A DNA stretch of 64,000 nt from Camelus ferus (lineage: Eukaryota): NCBI RefSeq assembly GCF_009834535.1, contig NC_045697.1, positions 34,412,001 through 34,476,000 on the forward strand, given 5' to 3'. The notes beneath the pieces were generated by a model. That model was not told where the DNA came from, did no database searches, and saw nothing but the letters and a program-made list of their open reading frames with translations. Shown here one piece after another: positions 52,614-64,000 of this stretch (the first letter of the stretch is position 1; each line of letters starts with the position of its first letter). A program made the translations under genes and the position numbers.

Positions 52614-53508
52614 ATATACAGCATCACTATATACCTGCATATATTGGAATTTTAAATTCTATAAATGTAATAGAACCAAATTAAATTATAAATTCTCTTA
52701 AGAAAATCACATTATCTCTTCACTAGGGCTCTTAGTGAAGCTAGATGTATAACTGTGCAGATGGCAAACAGGCAGATAAAACTGCCTAATTATTTCTGTA
52801 ATACACGGTTACTCCACAAAAGGTTCAAAGATAAAATTAACCTTCAAAATAGAAAAAAAATTATCAAGACTAGATGTATTATATTTGACAAAGAAAGGAA
52901 AGCACAAGTTTCAGGGATATTCAGACTGAAATGGGACTGCAACATGCATTGTAAACTGTAAGAACAAACACTCAAGATGATCGGACTAGAAAGTACAAAT
53001 TTATTGCTGCTTCTGTAAAAGCATACTCAAATAATACTAACTCAGTTTTATCTATTTATATGCAAATATTACCCTTTTCTCATCAGTGTACGCCCAGCAT
53101 CTAGAACAGCACCTGAACAGTCAGGAATGGATTAATATCTGTTGAACAAATAAATTCAATCACCTACACAAAACTTGCAAAGAACTCTTTTTTTTTCCAG
53201 TGATATATGCCTTACTAAGTCTACTCTTGAATCATCTAAAAATACTTGGAGGAGAAAATGTACTTGATAAGATAGTAAAAATATTTCCTTTCAGGGAAAA
53301 TATACTAAAATCAATAAAATCAGGTTTTACTAGGACTATTTATTAGTACAACTCACAGTCAAATTTCCTATGATGAGCTTTGAAGTCAGAAAATTTTGTC
53401 TCAGAAAGCAAATTGTTATGGATTTTATTACAGAAAAAAAAATTTTAAACACCACCTATGTTAAGAACATGAAAAGAAGTAGCCTTCTAACTCTATTAAC
53501 CCCTAAAT

Positions 53509-54072
53509 CAGGGATCCCTAGATATTCTGGGTTCACAGTGTCATCGTTGTCCAGGTAATTTTTTTCAGAGGTCCTAGGCCAAAAGAAATGTCTAATGGTT
53601 CCATTTTTTAAGTAGACTGGTCCAACAATTTTATCCTAAAAACTTAGTAGCCATTTGAAAAAACACTGCACGTAAGTTTAAATATTTTAATATTTTCATA
53701 TCATCCTTAAATAACCACAATTACTTGCACTAAGGAGACATGTGCATCTGTTGGGCACTGCACAACACCTCCAACCTGAGAATCATGTTGGAAACTATTA
53801 CCACTTAATGCCTGAGCCACATGGATTTTTGCCTTGTATGACTTTTTACACAGCAACCACCAAGAACCCAAGTTTATGAAGATAGAATGACATCAAAAGG
53901 AATATAGCAGAATCTAATGTTGAAACTGAACTACTTCAAGCTGGTATTTCATTTGATAACCAACAGATGTCAAGTATCACTGGATTTCCCTCAAAGATTG
54001 AAAATAACCAGCAGCCTCTGTGAGTCACTGCAGTACCTTGGGGAAATTCAGCACACAGTTTGGAAATCATGG
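53509..54072. mobile_element. hAT-Charlie element (MER119-like)
   Basis: About 560 bp with cag...tgg ends and internal aatctaatgttgaaactgaactac. Family name is from recall. Confidence 0.6.
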
Positions 54073-54213
54073 TTCTAGACTCTTTATTTCTCCCACATTC
54101 ATTTGCATAATCCAAATCCTTAAAGAAGTGACTCATACTTCACCTCGTTCTGGAAGCCCTCCTTGATTACCCAGACAGAAGTAATCTCTCGCTGCCTCAC
54201 CTGAATTTCTAGT

Positions 54214-54702
54214 ATGAGGCAGAGACTAATTGACTCCCAGCATGTATTCTTTCCTTTGATTTTAGAAACAGAACCCTAAATTTTAGCCTAAAGTAAGCAT
54301 TTAGAATAAAGTCAGCATTTCCCAATCTCTTCCGGAGTCGTGTGTGGCCAGAAGACTGAGTTCTTGGCCCTGAGATGAACTTCAAAGTGGCAAATATGAC
54401 TTCCAAGAAACAGTCTCCAAGACTATTGTCCTTCCTCTTTCCTGCTGGCTGGAATACAGATGTAATAGCTGGTGATCAAGCAACTATATTAGACCCAGAG
54501 ATGAAAGCTGTAGGCAGAAGATGGCTGAGTAACAAGAAACAAGAAACCTGGATCCCTGATGGATTTGTGGAGCTGTCCTATCAGACCCACTCTGCTTACT
54601 TTCAGACTACATTTACATGAGAAAAGGATGCATTATTTTTTGTTAAATCATTGTCAACCTGAATAGTCCATCACCTGCAGCTCAAGCAGTTTTAAGTGGA
54701 CT
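54214..54702 (+). mobile_element. Old MaLR LTR (MLT1I/J-like)
   Basis: ttcctgctggctggaatacagatgtaatagctgg...tggatccctgatgg...ttacatgagaaaa. Confidence 0.7.
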
Positions 54703-55080
54703 ACGGTATTTATCACTGCATACTTGGGATCAGAGTCATGTATGTACATATTAAAATTAAAACTATAACCTCAGGAGATAAAAATCCATGTTTAATTCAT
54801 TCAACAAATAGTCATATCATATGCCCAGACCATTATTTTTATCCCTTAGGTAACTAACTAGTGCCTGGTGTATAGTAGGATCAGTCTAGATATATATTGT
54901 CTCAAATAAATGACTCACAATTAAAAGCCAGCAAATTTCCCAAGAGAAGTTTTAGGTTTTTGATATAGTTACTGTTGGTGGAAGGGAGGAAAACAAACTA
55001 TTGAAAGTTCTCTTTAAACACCATACATACATCTAGGCTTTTCATGCTGAGTAATGTAACTGTCAAGTTTGTTAACTTTT

Positions 55081-55177
55081 TTTTAATTGAGGTATAGTTA
55101 GTTTACAATGTTGTGTCAATTTCTGGTGTATAGCACAATGCTTCAGTCATACATGAATGTACATATATTCATTTTCA
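55081..55177 (-). mobile_element. Very short L1 3' end insertion
   Basis: TSD ttaactttt at 55072-55080 and 55178-55186. Confidence 0.85.
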
Positions 55178-55439
55178 TTAACTTTTGACCAGAATTAACA
55201 GCAACTCACTGTAGCCACAGGGGATTATCTCCTGCTAATCAGAAGCTTTAATATGTCGTCAATCAAGATAAATTCAGAAGAAAAATTTACAACTTAGTAA
55301 ATTATAAATTAGCAATTTTTGATTACAAATCACTAAATATAGTGTGATAGCCAAAATGTTTTCAAAGAGGGACTAATAGGAAGCAAACAATAAAAAGTAA
55401 GGTTGGTGGAAACACAGGCAATCATCTTGCAGTCCCTTT

Positions 55440-56180
55440 AGGGACCCCACATTCTCCACCTCCTTCAGCATCTCCTGCCTGGTTTCCCCATGTCCTCACT
55501 TGTCCCCTTCCGAACTCCACACTGTAGCCCAAGTGATCTTTTCAAAACACTCATTTGGTTGTGTCACCTCCCTGCTTAAAACCCTCCAGAGACTTAAGAG
55601 ACAAAGACCAGCTTTCCTAACATGAGATAGAAGACAGTGCTTCTCAAACTTCAATGTGCCTGTGAATCATATAAGGAGAGTCTGATCCAGGAGGTTTGGG
55701 GTGGGGCTCGAGAGCCTGCATCCCAGATGATGCTGACACTGGCAGTATGAGGACCAAACTTTGAGTGACAGGATCTGGAGACCCTCCAGGTCTGCCCCTC
55801 CTACACTCGGCTCACTGTATACCACTCACGCTGACCTGCCTCTCTTCCCTCTGGCCATCTGGCTCTTCCCAGTTCCCTGTAATCACTCTGCCTAAACTGA
55901 CCTCCCTCCAACCCCCAAACTGCTAGAGTCACTAAGGACTCACTCTGACACATTAACTCATGACCCATGACTAGTTCGGGTCTTTCTGTCCTTTGTCCCA
56001 GTTATCATTTACATGTATTTGTGTGATTATTAGATTATATTGCTTATTCCTGCTAGATTGCAGGCTCCATGAGGTTAGGGACCACGCTGGGTTTTGTTTC
56101 CCATTGTAGCCCTGGTATTTAAAAAGGGTCTGGCTTTTAGTAGGCACTCCATAAAAATATTACAATAATGAATCAATAAA
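55440..56180 (+). mobile_element. L2 3' fragment with a nested MER5A-like element (about 55635-55775)
   Basis: L2 end ...gtaggcactcc...aatgaatcaataaa. MER5 TIRs cagtgcttctcaaactt / actttgagtga. Confidence 0.7.
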
Positions 56181-56433
56181 CTCTTCTAAGTATGCTCTCC
56201 CACTGTCAGAAGAGTCTTAGAAACATAAGGAATTGAATGCTACTCCATGTATGAATAATTATTAATTATCATAATATTAATAACAACAAACAGCAAGAAA
56301 ACTATTTCCTGGGAACCAGGCACGCCTCTAAATGCCTCATCATATGGAAATGCTCAAAACAGCTCGACGAGTTGGATGGTATTACCCTACCCATTCACAG
56401 ATGAGGAATTTGAGACTCTCTGTGAATAATTTG

Positions 56434-58392
56434 ATTAAAATAATTCAAGCTCATCAACAAAAAGGCAGAATCTAGAGCAATTCCCTTTTCCAAACCCCAG
56501 TAGCTAATTTAGAGATCCCATGGTTATTAATTTGGCTTGACTTCTAGATCATAGCTTTCAGAATACACCATCTACTCTCCAGTCCCTACACAGACAGACT
56601 AAACTTTCACCCACTGAGTCATGCAGGGCTGACCCTGTATGCCCCCAAACCTATGAAAGACCAGATCTGGTAGCCCTCATCATAAGAGTTTCAGAGCCAT
56701 CCATTCCTCAGTAGAGCTGCCATTGTTGGGTAAGAAACAGACTTTTTCCTGACCCTGCATGCGTCCGCCCCTCCTCCCAGGCCAGACACGGCCTCACAGA
56801 GGATAACCACCCACTGCAGCTAGACAGTAAGAGCTGCGTTTTAGAAATGGCCTGTCGGTAGTATTTTTCCATTTCTTTCTAGAGCTCACATGTCACAATT
56901 ATCTTTAAAACCTTAACCTAATTATCCAATAAGACTTTAATTACCTGGAATCTTTAGTTACAGTTTTCTATTCTTTATCTTTGGAGAAATGGAAAATGAG
57001 AAGAAAATAAGCAAATCATGAAGGATCAAACTTATAAAGTATTTCCAGAGAATGACATGGAATTCTAGGAAATGTAACATCTTCTACAATTTCTAAAGCT
57101 TACAATCTTTTGCCCTGAAAAGGACAATGCATGTATTGGCCCTGATCATCAGTTTTCAAAGATGTGGTTTTTGTTCTGCTTAGTACACTATAAGACAGTG
57201 TAAGAAGACTCATTTTCAGTAGTAAAGATTGAGATGGAAAAGAGGTTCAAGTTAATATTTAGTATATTAATATCTAATCAACAACCAAAAAAAACCCCAT
57301 TCCTTGATCATTCCAAAGTTCTGGTAAACATGTGACATTTCGGCCTACAACAGCTCTGGACGTTATAATATTCACCGAATGATATCATTCACAAAGAGAT
57401 TATTATTAGCTTAGTGCTTTTAAGGTACAGTATCAGATGTAGAGATATGCTGATTTTTTATTTCAATTAGGGTATGTTTAAATTATAGGATATATTTAAA
57501 TTACAACCAAAGTTCAAGCAAACTTGAAGTAGTATATAAACTGTTTCTAATCAACAGAGTATTTTGAAATGTGAAGGTTAACACTACCTGTATAATGTGA
57601 CACTACACTATGGATTTTCTGAAATACCAGAATGATTATATTCCTAAATATAATTATGAAATTATATAGACTTGGTTAACATAGGATGGTTAGTTAACAC
57701 CATCTGTGAATTTCAGATGTACAAATATTACTATCCTAAGTATGTCCTAATTCATATGTCAATCTGGTAAATTCAATAAAATTCTATTAATTGCTTTGAA
57801 GTTTATGATACAAACAAGTCAAAGTATCAAAATAGTCTTAAACCAAAACGAGAATGCACATTTTAATGGATGGGATTGTATACAAAGTTACGGCAGAATT
57901 CAGTGACTATTTGTCCCACAAAAGATTTGCTTCTATTGTTAAAAACAATTAAGAAAGAGCCTTCGAAAATCAACACTGTGTATTCGTTAGAGATTCATTT
58001 TGTGGCAGCCATGTCCTTTAGGCAGGAAGGTGGTAAACCACGAATGCCTTCACACTTGGCTGTCTCAGTGGTGCAGAGAACAGCCCACAAGGAAGACAAG
58101 GTCACTCCAACTTGTGTGGCCCGAACAAGCCATAAAAGCTCCCTCTAAACTCGGTGAAGATACTATGCTGTCACATGTTAATATATTAATAATATATTAA
58201 AATAATTCAAGCTCATCAACAAAAAAGGCAGAATGTAAAGCAATTCCCTTTTCTGAACCCCAGTAGGTAATTTAGAGATTCCATGTTTGTTAATTTGGCT
58301 TGACTTTCTAGACCACAGCTTTCAGAGCTTCCTGGAATACAACATCTACAGTCACAGTCTTGAAAAAAAGGCAGACATTAAGACCCCACTTG
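56434..58392. repeat. Dispersed direct duplication of about 180-195 bp (56434 to about 56615 and 58196 to about 58392)
   Basis: Both copies begin attaaaataattcaagctcatcaacaaaaa and stay alignable through aatttggcttgactt...gctttcag. Confidence 0.9.
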
Positions 58393-60325
58393 CTGATAGA
58401 TAATTGGCTTGGAATATTATCCCGCACACAACCATCAGTCCCAAATGTGATCTGAATTGTTTTTTGTGTATTAGAGATGGAGCTTCTCCGATGTACCTCC
58501 ACTCTCTGCCCACTGAGGAAAAAACACGCCAGCATTACCCTCTTATATAAGAAGAAAATCTACCAGTGCTAGACGCTCTCCTCTCTGTTCCCAATAAACT
58601 TTGAAAGCATTCCGTCTGTGAATTAAAAGTAGATTTATTGAAGAAAAGAACAGTGATTTACCTACTTCTCAAACCAGGCATCTGTCAGCCCTCAATAATA
58701 CTAGCTCCCACTCCACCAGTAAGCAAAATGCCTCCAAAGTCACTCATCAATAAATTATGCCAAACCCAAATGTCTTTTGTTGTAATGTTTGTTTTTATTG
58801 TCCCAGGAGGCATGAAGAACAAGCATCTGGTTTTCAGTAAGTCTTTTCATCCCATTTTCTGGCATTTAACTGAAACATACAAAGTTCAAATAACTCAAGC
58901 ACTCTTTCAAAATGAAATTACTCAGTTCACACCAGAATACATGGTTCTGCAAGACACCTCTGCCCACATTTTCTCCTTTGAAAATTAACATAATAACAAC
59001 AGCACCAAATAGTCCTCCCCCGAGTTTTACATTCACACATCCCAGAATGGCTGTTCAATGTGGAGACTAAATACCGACAAAATATTTTTCCTGTCAAAAA
59101 GACAAGGTAATAACAATCCAATATCCAGGCAGCATACTAATTTGGCATTTCTGTTTTGAGGGGAGCATTGTTTAGCCCAAGTCTGAAATATGAGAGAGAA
59201 GACTGGAATGTCTCAGAAGCAACTTCTACAATATTGTTTCTACCACTGAAAATCTAGGTGACCTTATAAAGTCATAACCCTGTCCTAACCATTTTTCCAT
59301 ATTTGTAAATAAAGTCTGAAAAGTTAGTCTTGCTCCAACCACAAATATCCCAACAATAAAATGAAATTGGTAAAGCAAAAGAAAAGTAAGGAAAATAATG
59401 ATAATAACAATGTTTCTTCCAAGTTTACTGTAAGAGTCCTAATGTCTCTCGAACATACAGCATGGAGTTTGCTCAATTCAGTCTCCCTGGAGGGAAGTTA
59501 TAATTTTTGTTCAAGTGAGGAGATTTCTTCAAAGGGAACAGGGGAACCTTATCTAAGGTAAACCCCATTTTCTTCAGAGTAAGGTGGGAGGGTCATATTT
59601 CTGTGATAGTTACTGAAGATGATCTTGGAAAGAAACAGCAGGCAACTCCTCATCTAGACAAGGTAGATAAATAGGACCCTACGTCCTTTTTTGAGATGAC
59701 TTTGCCCCCATCTCAAGTATGTCAACGTTATCATTTTACAGCAGACACAAATCTTGAAATAATAAAAGATTCCTTTTAAGGCAGACACAATATCAGAACT
59801 CTCTCTGCGTGTATTGAAAAGTCTTAAAGGTCATTTTTTTCAGTATGTTTTTTTGGAAACAATGGAGACTACCAGGGTGGGGGGGATGAAAGGAGGGTTG
59901 GGTTATCCATCCCTCAGGAAATTGAATATTTGACATTTAACTCTTTAAAATATTTTGAATTTCACATCCTGATTATAAGTGACTACAGTTATAAGGAAGT
60001 TCTGGCATAATCCAGAGGAATCTAACAGATTTCCAAATGAAGCCTATTTTTCACGTAGCACGAAGGAAGCTGTTGAATTTGTGCAAATCTTACAGACCTA
60101 ATTGAGCCACTGATCCAATAACAATGGAAATGTTGTGACTTTCAAAAACTGAAACAGCTTGGCAAAGTGAGTAGAGAAAAAATACCGACTTTCTACAGCT
60201 GAAAATCATCAGGGAACATATACAAGACAAAATGGATTTTATGCTCTACAACAATTCATTTCAGGCATTTCAACGCAAAGTAAAACATAAACAGATGTTG
60301 AAAACAGTTAACCTACTGAACTTAC

Positions 60326-60340
60326 CTGCTGAAAGCAATC
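60326..60340 (-). CDS. CORIN: Candidate 15-nt CORIN micro-exon in intron 1 (GAT TGC TTT CAG CAG = DCFQQ)
   Basis: Minus strand reads cctaaacttgtactttatttattctttttttttgcactgcag|GATTGCTTTCAGCAG|gtaagt. It has a long pyrimidine tract and a consensus donor, is stop-free and frame-preserving, and fits the phase-0 start of exon 2. Confidence 0.6.
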
Positions 60341-60879
60341 CTGCAGTGCAAAAAAAAAGAATAAATAAAGTACAAGTTTAGGATTTTATGTGTTCGATGA
60401 AGCAGCAATTTCTTTCTGAATACCCAGAGCAAAACGATGAATTCCAAACTTAACATTCATCATAAGTTTTGTTATATTCCATGAATATTTGAGTTGGAAA
60501 ATACAGAGATGTTCTAGGTTGAGCTTTCCATTGCAAAACATGTCTATGCTGTATGTTAAAAAATCTCACTAATACGTTTCATTCCACTCATGCTTATTGA
60601 GCAGCTATTCTGTGCACAGCTGGACTATAGGGATATAAAGATGAGAAAGACAGTCCCTGTGCTCCGGGAGTTGATAGCCTACCTCCACCATACACAACCT
60701 CAAGGGCAACTTCAATGCACTGTGACAGGACAGTTACACAGGTATATGGAAAGGACTACAGGTCAACCACAGAGACAGCGTGAACTAGGGCACACTCAAT
60801 CCCCATTGTGATGTTCCAAAAGAAATATAACCTTTTACTTTTACACCAAGATAAAACAACACTAGTTCCTAAGCATACA

Positions 60880-61143
60880 TTCCCATGGGTCTCAAAGCAT
60901 GTGTGTGTGGGTTGAGGGAGGAGGGAAGCCAAGAGGGAAGCAATGTCATTGACATTTTAAGCAGGACAGCTTTTCACTTGATGGGACTCTCTGACATGCT
61001 GTAGGACCTTTGGCATCCCTGGCCACCACCTAATGCCAGCAGTAACTGTCCCCATGCCTTGGCACTGTGATTAACAACAAGTCCTCTGTTATTGCCATAT
61101 GCCATATGCCAAAGGTTAGCACCTTTCCTGGTTGAGAAGCACT
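60880..61143. mobile_element. hAT-Charlie MITE (MER20-like)
   Basis: gcatccctggccacc...atgccagcag...ctggttgagaagcact. Confidence 0.55.
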
Positions 61144-62179
61144 CAGGCTGTTCAGCAAGCATCTACCACAGACTGCATGGTCAGCTCTACGCTCTGGACG
61201 TAAGACACATTCCTAAGTTAGCAAACTATTCCCACATTCTATAGGCATAAACTTACATTAGGTCTTTAAGTAAACACTGGGAGTATACACCTTTTCTCCA
61301 CAGAGAGATGGTACATTTTTTTTAGAAAAACCTTGTATCTTTTTGTGACTGTTACCCCACCTGGCACATAAAAGAACATAGAATTTTAACAACAACATCA
61401 ATCAATCAACATCAGAGAGATATAACTTATTGGGTCCTTCAAAACCTAACACCTATTACATTGAACCAAGAATCTTGAGGAAGAGTAAGGAGAGGTATTT
61501 AGGGAGAAAAGTGTATACATGAAGTGGTTATTTCTTGGGCAGGTAGGACATGAGGCTTTAAGCTTTGGTGGACTTGAACCAAGCATGGCCCATGTGGATT
61601 TTAGACTTTGAACAATCTCTGTGGCCTCTGCTCCAAGCTATACATGTGGAGCTTGGCCCAGTGATTCAGGTAAGGCTGGCATAGGCTCAAAACCTGTGTA
61701 GTTCCTGGAGGTGAGCAGAGCCAAATGTGCTGCCTGGAAACTACAAAACTGCTGGGATCCGTGAGCTCTCCAGAAGTAGATGTGAACTTCTAGCTTTGAT
61801 TTTTTGTGCCAGTTTTAGAATAGTTATCTAAGAAAGGCTGCCCTAAATTCCACGCCTTAACATGTTGTTCTAAATTGCATTTGGGCCCACGGAAGGAAAT
61901 CAGTAAGTGGAGGTACCAACACCTCAGTTGCACAGGGCTTGTTCACAAGTTTGGGCAGTCCTCCATTACACGGTCCTCCATTAATTCACTCTAAAATTGT
62001 TAATTAAATAACCTCTGAAGCTGGCTGTAGATTTTAGAGACCTAATTCACCAATTTGATCAGAGAATGATGGTTGTTTTTGCTACAAAACAAAAAAGAAT
62101 GGAAGGCTTTATCATAGCATATTCCATCTTCATGGGGTGAAATAAGGACACAACTCTATAAAACTTTTGCAAATGTAAC

Positions 62180-64000
<1,821 letters not shown>

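Overview
This is AT-rich mammalian genomic DNA from inside the CORIN gene (atrial natriuretic peptide-converting enzyme, a type II transmembrane serine protease), transcribed on the minus strand. Three coding exons can be read with canonical AG/GT sites and consistent phases. Exon 2 (47349-47493) carries the cytoplasmic DDNN motif and transmembrane helix, exon 3 (36268-36468) the extracellular stem, and exon 4 (5164-5371) the first half of frizzled domain 1. Exon 1 and exons 5 onward appear to lie outside the window. The rest is intron filled with L1, L2, MIR, MaLR/ERV LTRs, hAT and MULE-like DNA transposons and a U6 pseudogene. The repeat content suggests a camelid, which is an inference. I found no novel multi-gene system. 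The best leads are a candidate in-frame 15-nt CORIN micro-exon (60326-60340, DCFQQ), six independent ERV1-type solo LTRs within 8 kb, and a TSD-flanked retro-insertion of a non-L1 transcript end inside one of those LTRs. Further leads are a long-TIR element retaining a MULE transposase motif, a chimeric L1 insertion, and inverted young L1s bracketing exons 2-3. Repeat family names come from recall of consensus sequences, not a database search, and boundaries of old repeats are approximate.
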